Positions 18,552 to 28,263 of a stretch of 64,000 nucleotides of DNA are shown here, one piece after another. A program made the translations under genes and the position numbers. Source of the stretch: an uncultured bacterium (GTDB taxonomy: Bacteria > Eisenbacteria > RBG-16-71-46); NCBI GenBank assembly GCA_964589945.1, contig CAZPVG010000001.1:22515-86514 (forward strand). The letters are read 5' to 3'. Numbering within the stretch: position 1 is the stretch's first letter; the number at the start of each line of letters is the position of its first letter. The notes under the pieces were generated by a model, which searched no databases, was not told the DNA's origin, and worked only from the letters and a program-made list of their open reading frames with translations.

Positions 18552-18950
18552 ATGAAGGGATTCATCGAGTTCCTGACCAAGACCAACGCTCTCGCGCTGG
18601 CCATCGCCGTGATCATCGGCGGTGCGATCGGCAAGGTTGTCAGCTCGCTCGCCGGCGACCTGCTCATGCCGCTCATCAGCCTGGTGATGCCCGCCGGCAA
18701 CTGGCGCGAGGCGAAGATCGCCCTCACGCACGCGCCGGACGGCTCGGTGGGCAAGGCCCTCGGCATCGGCGCGTTCAGCGGCGCCGTCGTGGACTTCCTG
18801 ATCATCGCCGCGGTCGTCTACTTCATCACCAGGGTGGCGATGAAGCCCGCCCCCGCGCCCCCGGCGCCGCCGACCAAGCAGTGCCCCGAGTGCCTCGAGA
18901 CGATCCCCGCCGCCGCGAAGAAGTGCCGCGCCTGCGGCAGCACCGTCTAG
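18552..18950 (+). CDS. mscL: large-conductance mechanosensitive channel MscL with C-terminal 4-Cys zinc-ribbon-like tail
   Basis: GGAGGG Shine-Dalgarno 5 nt before ATG. MKGFIEFLTKTNALALAIAVIIGGAIGKVVSSLAGDLLMPLI...DFLIIAAVVYFI matches MscL TM1/TM2. The C-terminus ends ...KQCPECLETIPAAAKKCRACGSTV (CxxC-N11-CxxC). Confidence 0.8.
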   Translation: MKGFIEFLTKTNALALAIAVIIGGAIGKVVSSLAGDLLMPLISLVMPAGNWREAKIALTHAPDGSVGKALGIGAFSGAVVDFLIIAAVVYFITRVAMKPAPAPPAPPTKQCPECLETIPAAAKKCRACGSTV

Positions 18951-18969
18951 GCGCCTTCCTTCGCGCGAC

Positions 18970-19000
18970 GGGCCGGCGGCGGACGCTCCGCCGCCGGCCC
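18970..19000 (+). terminator. GC-rich hairpin after mscL
   Basis: GGGCCGGCGGCG-gacgct-CGCCGCCGGCCC: a 12-bp perfect stem about 20 nt after the mscL stop, followed by GGCGTGTTCC. Confidence 0.4.
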
Positions 19001-19211
19001 GGCGTGTTCCGGCTCGCGACGGAGGAAGCGCCATCGCCTCCACGGGTGAGCCGGGGCCGGCGGGCGGGGACAGGACTGGTGCGGGTGAGCCGGGGCGGGG
19101 CGGGAGGCCGATCGACCGCCGGGGCCCCGGCGCTCTTCGCAGGAATCACCCCTCGACCTTAGAGTGCGCGGGAACGGCCCCTTGCACCCTACCGATCAGG
19201 AGGATTCCGCG

Positions 19212-21182
19212 ATGCGTCGCGTGATGTTCGTCGTTTTCGCGCTCGCCCTCGCCGCGCCGGCGGCCCGCGCCGCGAAGGAGTCGCGGCCCACTTCGGCCGA
19301 CGTCGTGGAGCTGCGCGGCGCCTCGTCGCTCGCGCTCTCGCCCGACGGCACCCGCGTCGCGTACGTTCTCACCACCACCACGCACGATTCGACCGCGAAG
19401 CCGAAGGACGGCGACACGAAGGCCGGCTGGAAGGTCGAGCGCCAGCTCTGGCTCGCCGACGTCGCGGCGAAGACGACCCGCCAGCTCACGTGGAACGAGG
19501 CCGGGGCCGGTGCGCCGTGCTGGTCGCCCGACGGGCGCACGCTCGCCTTCCTGCGCCGCACCGGCGGCAAGACCGGGCTGCAGCTGCTGGCGCTGGCCGG
19601 CGGCGAGGCGATGCCGCTCCCGACCGGCGACCTCGAGCCGCGGGATCCCGCGTTCTCTCCCGACGGGAAGTCCATCGCGTTCCTCGCCGACGCGCCGCTC
19701 TCCGCCGCCGAGAAGAAGGCGCGCTGGGAACGCGGCGGCGCGGAGCACTGGGGACACGAGTTCCCCGAGACGAAGCTGTGGATCGTGCCCGTCGCCGGCG
19801 GCGAGCCGCGGCAGGTGGACGCCGGCCCCGACGTCGTCGCGTTCGCGTGGTCGCCGGACGGCAGGCGGTTCGCGGTCGAGACCTGCGACAGCGGCGATCC
19901 CTACGTCGTCTCGAGCCTGACGCGCATCGCGATCGTGGACGCCGACGGCAAGGCGCCCGCGCGCGTCGTGGACCGGCCCGCGGGCTCGTTCGGCGCGCCG
20001 CTCTGGTCGCCCGACGGCCGGTGGGTCGTCGTCGCCGGCCTGAACGGCGGGCTCTCGAACCTGAACGCGCTCTACCTGTGCGATCCCGCGACCGGGAAGG
20101 TTCGCGACCTCGCGCCGGACCCCGACCGCACGTTCGGGAGCTGCGTCTGGGGCGCTGATTCGAAGTCGGTCGTCGCCGTCGTGCTCGCGCGGACCGCCAC
20201 GAAGCTCGAGCGCTTCCCGCTCGAAGGCGCGCCCTCGGAGCTCCCGTTCGACCGCGTGATCACCGGCGGCCTCGCGCCCGACGGCGCGTCGCGGCGGTTC
20301 GCGTTCGAGTCGTCCACGGACCGCACGCCGTACGAGGTGACCGTGTACGACCCCGCCGCCGGCGCGACCACGGTGGTCACCGACCTCAATCCCGAGGTCG
20401 CCTCGTGGAAGACCGGCGCGACGCAGGTCGCGCGCTGGAAGGACGCGGAAGGCGTCGAGATCGAGGGCGTGCTCACGCTCGCGCCCGGCGCGAAGGCCGG
20501 CTCGCCCGCACCGCTCATCGTGTTGCCGCACGGCGGGCCGGACGGCGTCACGAACACCGGCTTCTCGTGGCTCACGCAGTACATGGCCTCGCGCGGCTAC
20601 TCCGTGCTGCGCCCGAACTACCGGGGCTCGCTGGCCTACGGCTTCGCGTTCTACGCGGCGAACCGGAACCGCTTCGGCGAGGTCGAGCAGGCCGACGTCG
20701 AGAGCGGCGTGGACCAGCTGATCCGCGACGGCCTCGCGGACCCGAAGAAGCTCTACTTCGGCGGCTGGTCGTGGGGCGGCTACATCACCACCTGGATCGT
20801 CACGCACGTGCACCGGTACCGCGCCGCCGTGGCCGGGGCGGCCGTGTCGGACGTGTTCCATTCGTACTCGCTCAGCGACATCAACCACGGCGTCGCCGCG
20901 CAGTGGGAGTTCGAGGGCGATCCCTGGCGGCAGACGGAGCACTTCGACCGCGTGAACCCGATCCGCTACGTGACGAACGTGACCACGCCGCTGCTGCTCC
21001 TGCACGGCGAGGCCGACACGCGGGTGCCGTTCGCCGAGACCGTGCAGTTCTACCGGGCGCTCTCGGATCTCGGGAAGGAGGTCGAGTTCTGGGCATACCC
21101 GCGCGAGAACCACGGCTTCCACGAGCCGGCCCACCGCGTGGATTACATCCGGCGCTGGGTGGACTGGTACGACGCCCACTAG
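19212..21182 (+). CDS. S9-family serine peptidase (prolyl oligopeptidase / acylaminoacyl-peptidase type) with N-terminal beta-propeller
   Basis: AGGAGG 8 nt before ATG. Signal peptide MRRVMFVVFALALAAPAARA. Repeated WSPDG...propeller blades. C-terminal alpha/beta-hydrolase with the GGWSWGGY nucleophile elbow, plus later D and H (HGEADTRVP...ENHGF). Confidence 0.85.
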   Translation: MRRVMFVVFALALAAPAARAAKESRPTSADVVELRGASSLALSPDGTRVAYVLTTTTHDSTAKPKDGDTKAGWKVERQLWLADVAAKTTRQLTWNEAGAGAPCWSPDGRTLAFLRRTGGKTGLQLLALAGGEAMPLPTGDLEPRDPAFSPDGKSIAFLADAPLSAAEKKARWERGGAEHWGHEFPETKLWIVPVAGGEPRQVDAGPDVVAFAWSPDGRRFAVETCDSGDPYVVSSLTRIAIVDADGKAPARVVDRPAGSFGAPLWSPDGRWVVVAGLNGGLSNLNALYLCDPATGKVRDLAPDPDRTFGSCVWGADSKSVVAVVLARTATKLERFPLEGAPSELPFDRVITGGLAPDGASRRFAFESSTDRTPYEVTVYDPAAGATTVVTDLNPEVASWKTGATQVARWKDAEGVEIEGVLTLAPGAKAGSPAPLIVLPHGGPDGVTNTGFSWLTQYMASRGYSVLRPNYRGSLAYGFAFYAANRNRFGEVEQADVESGVDQLIRDGLADPKKLYFGGWSWGGYITTWIVTHVHRYRAAVAGAAVSDVFHSYSLSDINHGVAAQWEFEGDPWRQTEHFDRVNPIRYVTNVTTPLLLLHGEADTRVPFAETVQFYRALSDLGKEVEFWAYPRENHGFHEPAHRVDYIRRWVDWYDAH

Positions 21183-21304
21183 CGGGAACGGGGGAACGGC
21201 CCTTGCGCGCTCCCGCCCCGGACCGTAACCTGCCGTCCTTCGCGCCCTGAGGCGTTCCAAGTCCCTGTCGACCGGGGCTTTTGCCGTCCGTTCAAGGAGA
21301 ACCT

Positions 21305-22825
21305 ATGCGTGCTCGTCTCTGGCTCCTCCCGCTGGTGCTGGCCGCCCTCGTCGGGGCGGGTGCAGCCGCGGCCGAGCCCCTCGGAGCCCACTGGGAGCTG
21401 TCGCCGTTCGGCGGCTTCACCATCTTCGATCCCAAGCTGCGCTACCCGGGCAGCGACCTGCCCCTGGCCGACGACCTCTACATGGGCGGCCGGCTGAGCT
21501 ACGAGTCGCGGTCGTGGATCGGGCTCGAAGCCGCGGCGGGAACGACGCCGACCGCGCAGGACATCCCGAGCGGGGCGCTCGAATACGACTTCTTCCACGC
21601 TTCCGGCAACCTGGTGATCTCGCCGGCGAAGAGCCGCTGGGGCACGCCGTACGCGTTCGTGGGCGGCGGCTACGTGCAGCTCAAGCCGTCCTCGGGCGAG
21701 AAACGCGAGACCGGCTCCATTGAGTTCGGCGGCGGCGTGAAGATGTGGATGACGGACGTGATCGGCCTGCGCTTCGAGGCGCGGGACATCTCGTTCAAGC
21801 CACTCGAGAACGTCGGGGGCCAGAGCCACTACCACAACGTCGTGCTCGGCGCCGGCCTGACGCTGGCGATCGGCGCGACGCCGCGCGACACCGACGGCGA
21901 CGGCGTGCCCGACAAGAAGGACAAGTGCCCGGACACGCCGAAGGGCGCCGTGGTGGACGCGACCGGCTGCCCGATCGATTCCGACGGCGACGGCGTGTAC
22001 GACGGGCTCGACAAGTGCCCGAACACGCCGAAGGGCGCCACCGTGGACGCGACCGGCTGCCCGAGCGACAGCGACGGCGACGGCGTCTTCGACGGCATCG
22101 ACAAGTGCGCGGACACGCCGAAGGGCGCGACCGTGGACGCGACCGGCTGCCCGAAGGACTCCGACGGCGACGGCGTGCTCGACGGCCTCGACCAGTGCCC
22201 GAACACGCCGGTCGGCGCGAAGGTGGATTCCGCCGGCTGCCCGATCGACAGCGACGGCGACGGCGTGTACGACGGGCTCGACAAGTGCCCGGATACGCCC
22301 GCCGGCCTGAAGGTGGACGCCAACGGCTGCCCGATCGAGGTCATGGAGAAGGAGACGGAGCTGCTCGATACGGGCCTCATCCGCCTCGACAACGTGAACT
22401 TCGACACGGGCAAGGCGGACATCCTGCCGGAGTCCTACCCGACGCTCGATGCCGTCGGAGCGGTCATGCTCAAGTGGCCGCAGCTGCGCATCGAGGTCGG
22501 CGGCCACACGGACTCGCGCGGAAGTCGCGCGACGAACCTCAAGCTGTCCCAGGCCCGCGCCGACTCGGTGCTCGCTTACATCCTGCGGAAGTACCCGCAG
22601 CTGCCGCGCGACCAGTTCACGGTGAAGGGCTACGGCTCGAGCCGGCCGCTGGTGCCGAACACGAACGATCTCAACATGGCCAAGAACCGCCGCGTCGAGT
22701 TCGTCGTGCTCAACAAGGAAGTGCTGAAGAAGGAAGTCGAGAAGCGCCGCCTGCTGAAGGAAGGCGAGGGCGCCCCGAGCGACACCACGCAGGGCGCGCC
22801 GCCCGATTCCACGAAGCAGGACTAG
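21305..22825 (+). CDS. OmpA-family outer-membrane protein with N-terminal beta-barrel, five thrombospondin type-3 (TSP3) repeats and C-terminal OmpA domain
   Basis: AAGGAG 5 nt before ATG; signal peptide. Five repeats of DxDGDGVxDxxDKCPxTPxGAxVDAxGCP. C-terminus NFDTGKADILPESYPTLDAVGAVMLKWPQLRIEVGGHTDSRGS...NRRVEFVV is the OmpA peptidoglycan-binding signature. Confidence 0.85.
   Translation: MRARLWLLPLVLAALVGAGAAAAEPLGAHWELSPFGGFTIFDPKLRYPGSDLPLADDLYMGGRLSYESRSWIGLEAAAGTTPTAQDIPSGALEYDFFHASGNLVISPAKSRWGTPYAFVGGGYVQLKPSSGEKRETGSIEFGGGVKMWMTDVIGLRFEARDISFKPLENVGGQSHYHNVVLGAGLTLAIGATPRDTDGDGVPDKKDKCPDTPKGAVVDATGCPIDSDGDGVYDGLDKCPNTPKGATVDATGCPSDSDGDGVFDGIDKCADTPKGATVDATGCPKDSDGDGVLDGLDQCPNTPVGAKVDSAGCPIDSDGDGVYDGLDKCPDTPAGLKVDANGCPIEVMEKETELLDTGLIRLDNVNFDTGKADILPESYPTLDAVGAVMLKWPQLRIEVGGHTDSRGSRATNLKLSQARADSVLAYILRKYPQLPRDQFTVKGYGSSRPLVPNTNDLNMAKNRRVEFVVLNKEVLKKEVEKRRLLKEGEGAPSDTTQGAPPDSTKQD
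21887..22333 (+). repeat. tandem array of about 117-nt TSP3-repeat coding units (5 copies) inside the ompA-family gene
   Basis: Reiterated GACGGCGACGGCGT...GACAAGTGCCC...ACGCCGAAGGGCGC...GTGGACGCGACCGGCTGCCCG blocks. Coordinates are approximate. Confidence 0.6.
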
Positions 22826-22844
22826 GGCGCGACGCCAGGACGGG

Positions 22845-22870
22845 GGCCGGCGCGGGCGACCGCGCCGGCC
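22845..22870 (+). terminator. GC-rich hairpin between convergent ompA-family and DUF2892 genes
   Basis: GGCCGGCGCGG-gcga-CCGCGCCGGCC: an 11-bp stem followed by CTTCGTG, 20 nt after the stop at 22825. Confidence 0.35.
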
Positions 22871-22913
22871 CTTCGTGCGTCCGCGCGGGCCGCCGGGCGC
22901 GCGACCGCGCGAC

Positions 22914-23117
22914 TCAGCCGCGGGGCTTCGCCTGCGGCGGGCGGGCCGTCGAGATACCGAACGGCAGGTAGAGCGGGCACCAGCGGACGGAGGCCGTGAG
23001 GAGCGGGACGAGCCCGATCGCGCCCCACCAGTTCTTCGCACCGAGGCCCCAGATCACCAGGGCGAGGCCCACGATGATGCGGACCGCGCGATCCGTCGTG
23101 CCCATGTTGCACTTCAT
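22914..23117 (-). CDS. DUF2892-family small membrane protein (YgaP-like TM domain)
   Basis: GGAGG 6 nt before ATG at 23117. MKCNMGTTDRAVRIIVGLALVIWGLGAKNWWGAIGLVPLLTASVRWCPLYLPFGISTA matches the DUF2892 pattern (G..DR..R...G......G......W.....GL..L.TG...fCP.Y..lG..T). Confidence 0.65.
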   Translation of the reverse strand: MKCNMGTTDRAVRIIVGLALVIWGLGAKNWWGAIGLVPLLTASVRWCPLYLPFGISTARPPQAKPRG

Positions 23118-23308
23118 GACGCTCCTCCTCGGGTGAGGGTCCGGCGGGCCGACGGATGCCCCCGCCGGCCACGGGGCCAGCATCGCTCGCCCGGTGGCCC
23201 CCGTCTGCGGGCGCGGTCACGCACGGGAGAATTCATTCCGGGTCATCGGCGCGCCCCTTGCGCGACGCGGCGTCCCGGGCGAGGCTGCCGCCATCACCGG
23301 GAGGAGCC

Positions 23309-24058
23309 ATGTCGATCCAGGACGAAAGGGACCTCGAGGGCCTGCGCGCCGCCGGGCGGGCGGTGCGGGCGGCGCTCGAGGCGATGCGCGACGCGGTCGC
23401 GCCGGGCGTGACGACGGCGGAACTGGACGCGATCGGCGAGCGCGTGATGCGCGAGCACGGGGCGCGCTCCGCGCCACGCCTCGTCTACCGGTTCCCGGGC
23501 GTCAACTGCATCAGCGTGAACGACGAGGTCGTGCACGGCATCCCGTCGGCGAGGCGCCGCCTGGCCGAGGGCGACCTCGTGAAGCTCGACGTCACGTTCG
23601 AGAAGGGCGGCTACATGGCGGACGCCGCGATCACGGTGCCGGTGGGCCGCGTGTCCGACCGGGTGCTCGCGCTCGCGGCCTGCGCGGAGCGGGCCTTCGC
23701 CGAGGCGCTGCGCGAGGCGCGGCCGGGACGGCGCGCTCGCGACGTGGGCCGCGCGGTCGAGCGCGTCGTGCGGAGCCAGGGCTTCTCGGTGGTGCCGGCG
23801 CTGCAGGGCCACGGCATCGGGCGCACGATCCACGAGGACCCGATGATGCCGAACTGGGACGACCCGGCGGCGGACGGGGTCCTGACCGAGGGCCTTGTCC
23901 TCACCGTGGAGCCGATCCTCGCGATGGGCAGCGGCGACTCGTACGAGGACGCGGACGGCTGGACGATCCGCACCGCGGACGGCTCGCTCGCGGCGCACCA
24001 CGAGCACACGCTCGTCGTGACGGCGTCGGGGCCGCTACTGCTGACGGCGGCGGCGTAG
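23309..24058 (+). CDS. map: type I methionine aminopeptidase
   Basis: GGGAGGAG before ATG. ...GVTTAELD...CISVNDEVVHGIP...GDLVKLDVTFEKGGYMADAAITVPVG...HGIGRTIHEDP...VLTVEP...HHEHTLVVT matches the MAP1 metal-binding and His motifs. Confidence 0.9.
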   Translation: MSIQDERDLEGLRAAGRAVRAALEAMRDAVAPGVTTAELDAIGERVMREHGARSAPRLVYRFPGVNCISVNDEVVHGIPSARRRLAEGDLVKLDVTFEKGGYMADAAITVPVGRVSDRVLALAACAERAFAEALREARPGRRARDVGRAVERVVRSQGFSVVPALQGHGIGRTIHEDPMMPNWDDPAADGVLTEGLVLTVEPILAMGSGDSYEDADGWTIRTADGSLAAHHEHTLVVTASGPLLLTAAA

Positions 24059-24104
24059 GGGCGCGACGGCTCGCGCGGGCGAGAAGCCCGGGGAGCGCCG
24101 CGGC

Positions 24105-25292
24105 TCAGGTGGTCTCCCACCTCCGTGCCAGCCTCCTCGCGATCGCGAAGAACAGGACGCCGAAGGCGGTGAGCATGGCGAGCTGCGGCCAGAGGGCGGC
24201 GAGGGACTGGTCGCGCCAGAAGACCTTGAGGTAGCCGTCGAGCGCCCACGAGTTGAAGCCGACGAGCGAGAGCTTCTGCATCGTCTCGCTCATGAGCGGG
24301 CGCGGGTACATGCTGCCGCCGACGCCCGACAGGGTGAGCACGACGAGGTTCGCGAGGCCCTGCAGCTGCTGGCGCGTGCGCGCGGCCGTCGCGATCACGA
24401 GACCGAAGGCGGCGCAGCAGCCGGCGGTGAAGACCGTCACGACGGCGAATCCGGCGAGGTGCGGGAGCAGCGGCAGCCGGAAGACGAGCGCCCCCCAGGC
24501 GAACATGACGGCGATCTGCAGCACGCCGAGCCGCGTGATGTGGAGCCACTTCGCGAACAGCAGCCGGCCCATGCCGACGCGGCTCGACAGCACGCGCTCG
24601 AGCGTGCCGCTCTCGTTCTCCTCGATCAGCGAGCCGCCGGAGTTGCTGGCGGTGAACATCAGGAACATCACGGCGATCGCCGCCGCGTAGAACGCCACGA
24701 AGCCGTTCGGGCGGTCCTCGCGCCTGCCGACGACCGGCACTTCGCGGGTGCGCGCGGGCATCAGGTCCTCGACGGGCGTCGCGGCCGACGCGGCCCCGAA
24801 CTCCGCGGCCTCGGCCCGGCCGGCGTTCAGCACCGCGCGCTGGAGGAGCCCGGCAGCCATGCGGGGCGCCACGGGGTCCGAGGGGTCGGTCAGCAGGATC
24901 ACGGCCTCGCCCCGGCCGTCGAAGCGCGAGAGCGAGGTGTCGATGCCGGCCGGCAGGACGATCGCCACCGAGCAGGCGCCCTCGCGCACGAGCGCCTCGG
25001 CCCGTGCACGGTCGAGGACGACCTGCGTCGTGTCGGCGGGACCACGGCGCCAGGTGGTGTGCACGCGCAGGCTCGGGTCCTCGGCGAGCGCGGTCACGAC
25101 GCGGGCGCTCGTCTCGGTGCGGGACTCGTCCACGACGAGCACACTCACGCTGCGTGTCGCGACGTCCTGCTGCTGCCCGAAGATCATCGCGAAGATCGAG
25201 AAGAAGACGATGGGCACGACGAACACGAGCACCTGCACGGAGCGATCGCGCCACAGGTTCGTCCAGGCGACGCGCATCAGGGTCCGGATCAT
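24105..25292 (-). CDS. ABC-2 type transporter permease
   Basis: Six or more hydrophobic segments with a large extracytoplasmic loop after TM1, the typical ABC-2 (YhhJ/NatB-like) architecture. ATG at 25292 overlaps the ATPase stop (ATGA). GGAG Shine-Dalgarno. Confidence 0.75.
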   Translation of the reverse strand: MIRTLMRVAWTNLWRDRSVQVLVFVVPIVFFSIFAMIFGQQQDVATRSVSVLVVDESRTETSARVVTALAEDPSLRVHTTWRRGPADTTQVVLDRARAEALVREGACSVAIVLPAGIDTSLSRFDGRGEAVILLTDPSDPVAPRMAAGLLQRAVLNAGRAEAAEFGAASAATPVEDLMPARTREVPVVGRREDRPNGFVAFYAAAIAVMFLMFTASNSGGSLIEENESGTLERVLSSRVGMGRLLFAKWLHITRLGVLQIAVMFAWGALVFRLPLLPHLAGFAVVTVFTAGCCAAFGLVIATAARTRQQLQGLANLVVLTLSGVGGSMYPRPLMSETMQKLSLVGFNSWALDGYLKVFWRDQSLAALWPQLAMLTAFGVLFFAIARRLARRWETT

Positions 25293-26200
25293 TCGCGGAG
25301 CTCCTTTCCGGTGAGCGCGAGGAAGACCTCGTGCAGGCTCGAGGCGCGCACCTCGAGATCGAGCACGGCGAGCCCGGCCTCGCGCACGCGCCCGAGCAGC
25401 GCGGGCAGCTCGCCCGCGACGTCCGCGATGCTGGCCGTCAGCTCACCGCCGCCGTCGGCCAGCGCGAGGCCGGCCGGCGCCGCGGCGGCGGGACGGTCGA
25501 GCCGCAGCCGGACCCGGCGATCCGCCAGGCCGGCCTGCGCGACGAGCTCGGGCAGCGTCCCCGACGCGAGCACGCGGCCGTGGTCCACGATCACGACCCG
25601 CTGGCTGCGGGCCTCGGCCTCGGCAAGATCGTGGGTCGTCAGGAGCAGCGATACGCCGGACGCCCGCAGCGCCGAGAGCATGTCGTGGATCCGCTCGCGG
25701 CTCTGCGGGTCCACGCCCACGGTGGGCTCGTCGAGCAGCAAGACCTTCGGCTCGTGCAGCACCCCGCAGGCGATGTTGAGACGGCGCTTCATTCCGCCGG
25801 AGAACGTACGGACCTGCGCCTTCGCGCGCTCGGCCAGCCCCGTCCACTCCAGCGCCCGGCGCACGCGCGCGGCGAGCGCTGGGCCTGCGACCCCGCCGAG
25901 CCGGCCGAAGGCCTCGAGGTTCTCGCGCGCCGTGAGCGAGGGGTACAGCGCGATCTCCTGCGGCACGATGCCCAGCTCGGGCCGGGGCGACTCGGGCGCG
26001 AGGTCGCGCCCGAACAGCGAGAGCCGCCCGCCGTCGAGACGCACGCGGCCCGCGAGCGCGCGCACCAGCGTGGTCTTGCCGGCGCCATTCGGACCCAGGA
26101 GCGCCAGCATCTCGCCCTGGCGCAGGTCGAGGGAGACACCCCGCAGCGCTTCGACGGCGCCGAAGCGCTTGCGGGCCCGATCGACCTCGAGTACCGCCAT
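25289..26200 (-). CDS. ABC transporter ATP-binding protein
   Basis: GGAGGAGG 5 nt before ATG at 26200. Walker [11 protein letters not shown]-loop, signature [12 protein letters not shown], Walker [12 protein letters not shown] and H-loop TTHDL. Confidence 0.85.
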   Translation of the reverse strand: MAVLEVDRARKRFGAVEALRGVSLDLRQGEMLALLGPNGAGKTTLVRALAGRVRLDGGRLSLFGRDLAPESPRPELGIVPQEIALYPSLTARENLEAFGRLGGVAGPALAARVRRALEWTGLAERAKAQVRTFSGGMKRRLNIACGVLHEPKVLLLDEPTVGVDPQSRERIHDMLSALRASGVSLLLTTHDLAEAEARSQRVVIVDHGRVLASGTLPELVAQAGLADRRVRLRLDRPAAAAPAGLALADGGGELTASIADVAGELPALLGRVREAGLAVLDLEVRASSLHEVFLALTGKELRE

Positions 26201-26469
26201 GACCGCCTCCTCCATTCGCCCCTCCGGGCCGGGCCGGCCGGGTCCGGGGCACGCGCGCAGGATCACCGCCGGGAGCCGGCGGGACGACGGTCATGCGCCG
26301 GACGGTCTCGGGAGGCGGACGAACGGTCGCCCGGGACGCCGGGAGGCTGGGAGGCCGTTCTTGCCGCCTTGCCGGGTCCGGCGCGTTCGTCCTATGTTCT
26401 GCCGCATTCGCACCGCGCATCCCGCTCGACATCGACGTCGCTTCTCTCGGCCCACAGGAGGTGGACCCC

Positions 26470-27945
26470 ATGCGCTCACGTGTCGCTCTGTCGTCGCTGC
26501 TGCTCGCGGCCGCCGTCGCATTCGCGGCAGGCACCGCGAGCGCCGCGGCCCCGGAAGGGAGCCTCTTCTGGCTCACCCCCATGGCGGGCTACGGCTTCTT
26601 CTCGGACAAGCATCAATACCCGGTCGACCGTGCCCTGGCCGACGCGCCCGTATTCGGCGCCCGGCTCGGGGCGCGTCTCAACCCGTGGTGGGATCTCGAG
26701 GTCGCCGGTTCGTATTCGAAGCCGGACGAGATCGCAAATCCCGACCACAGCTACTCGGCCAAGGTCATGGACGTGTCGGGCAACCTGATGTTCACGCCCA
26801 TCCAGTGGAACATCGGCGCGCCCTATTTCGCCGCGGGCGGCGGCTACGTGCGCTACGAAACCGACGTCACCGGCGTGGACGAGAGCCACTTCGGCACGTT
26901 CGAGGCGGCGATCGGGTGGCGCTCGTGGATGAGCAGCCACCTCGCGCTGCGGCTCGAGGCGCGCAACATCCTGTCGCTCCCGGACCGCCACTGGGGCACG
27001 GCGTCGAACAAGGCCGACCAGCAGGTGTGGGCCGGCCTCGACTTCGCCTGGGGCGGCAAGCCGAAGGACACCGACATGGACGGCGTGCCGGACAAGAAGG
27101 ACAAATGCCCGGACACGCCGCAGGGCGCCACGGTGGATGCCAACGGGTGCCCGACCGATTCCGACGGTGACGGCGTCTGGGACGGCCTCGACAAGTGCCT
27201 CGGCACGCCGAAGGGCGCGACCGTGGATGCCAGCGGCTGCCCGAAGGACACCGACGGTGACGGCGTCTACGACGGCATCGACAAGTGTCCCGACACGCCG
27301 AAGGGCGCGACCGTGGACGCGACCGGGTGCCCGAAGGACTCCGACGGCGACGGCGTCTACGACGGTCTCGACAAATGCCCGAACACGCCCACCGGCGCGA
27401 CGGTGGACGCCAGCGGCTGCCCGAAGGACTCCGACGGCGACGGCGTCTACGACGGCCTCGACCAGTGCCCCGACACGCCCGCCGGCCTCAAGGTGGACGC
27501 CGACGGCTGCCCGATCGAGGTGACCGAGAAGGAGACGGAACTGCTCGACACGGGCATGATTCGGCTCCAGGGCGTCAACTTCGCGACGGGCAAGGCCGAC
27601 CTGGCGCCGGATTCGTATTCGGCCCTCGACGCGGTCGGCGCCGTGCTGCGCAAGTGGCCGCAGCTGCGCATCGAGATCGGCGGCCACACGGATTCGCGCG
27701 GCTCGGCGAGTTCGAACCAGAAGCTGTCCGAGGCCCGGGCGGAGTCGGTGCGGAACTACCTGCTCAACAAGTTCCCCGAGATCAAGCCCGAGCAGCTCAC
27801 CGCGAAGGGCTACGGTGAGTCCCGGCCGATCGCCCCGAACAACAGCGCGCTCAACATGGCGAAGAACCGGCGCGTCGAGTTCGTGGTGCTCAACAAGGAC
27901 GTCCTGAAGAAGGAAATCGAGAAGCGCAAGATGCTGAAGAAGTAG
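26470..27945 (+). CDS. OmpA-family outer-membrane protein with TSP3 repeats (paralogue of 21305..22825)
   Basis: AGGAGG before ATG; signal peptide MRSRVALSSLLLAAAVAFAAGTASA. Same barrel, five TSP3 repeats and OmpA domain as the upstream paralogue, with about 80-85% nucleotide identity over repeat and C-terminal regions by eye. Confidence 0.85.
   Translation: MRSRVALSSLLLAAAVAFAAGTASAAAPEGSLFWLTPMAGYGFFSDKHQYPVDRALADAPVFGARLGARLNPWWDLEVAGSYSKPDEIANPDHSYSAKVMDVSGNLMFTPIQWNIGAPYFAAGGGYVRYETDVTGVDESHFGTFEAAIGWRSWMSSHLALRLEARNILSLPDRHWGTASNKADQQVWAGLDFAWGGKPKDTDMDGVPDKKDKCPDTPQGATVDANGCPTDSDGDGVWDGLDKCLGTPKGATVDASGCPKDTDGDGVYDGIDKCPDTPKGATVDATGCPKDSDGDGVYDGLDKCPNTPTGATVDASGCPKDSDGDGVYDGLDQCPDTPAGLKVDADGCPIEVTEKETELLDTGMIRLQGVNFATGKADLAPDSYSALDAVGAVLRKWPQLRIEIGGHTDSRGSASSNQKLSEARAESVRNYLLNKFPEIKPEQLTAKGYGESRPIAPNNSALNMAKNRRVEFVVLNKDVLKKEIEKRKMLKK
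27067..27511 (+). repeat. tandem TSP3-repeat coding array (5 copies) inside the second ompA-family gene
   Basis: Reiterated DTDGDGVxDxxDKCPDTPxGATVDAxGCP coding units. Coordinates are approximate. Confidence 0.6.
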
Positions 27946-27971
27946 CGCTCTTCGATCCGGAATCGCGGGAC

Positions 27972-27999
27972 GGGGCCGCGGCAGCGATGCCGCGGCCCC
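27972..27999 (+). terminator. GC-rich hairpin after second ompA-family gene
   Basis: GGGGCCGCGG-cagcgatg-CCGCGGCCCC: a 10-bp perfect stem 27 nt after the stop at 27945. Confidence 0.4.
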
Positions 28000-28263
28000 G
28001 TTCGCTTCCGGCGCGGTTTCCCGCAGCGGCTGCGGCACCCGCCCCAGACCGGGCGCCCCGGGTCCGGCGCGCGACGCACGACCACCGGCGCCGGCCTGCC
28101 CGCCGCCGCCGCAAGCCGGTGCCCCGCAGGAGCCCACGGGGCCCCCGGGGGGCGTGCGTCCCGCAAGGCCTCCGGGGCACGGCCGTTGCGCTGGAAGGGG
28201 TTATCGCGACGCCCGCCGCCTCCCCGGCCGGCGCTCGCGGGACCGACCCAGGAGGCAACCCCC

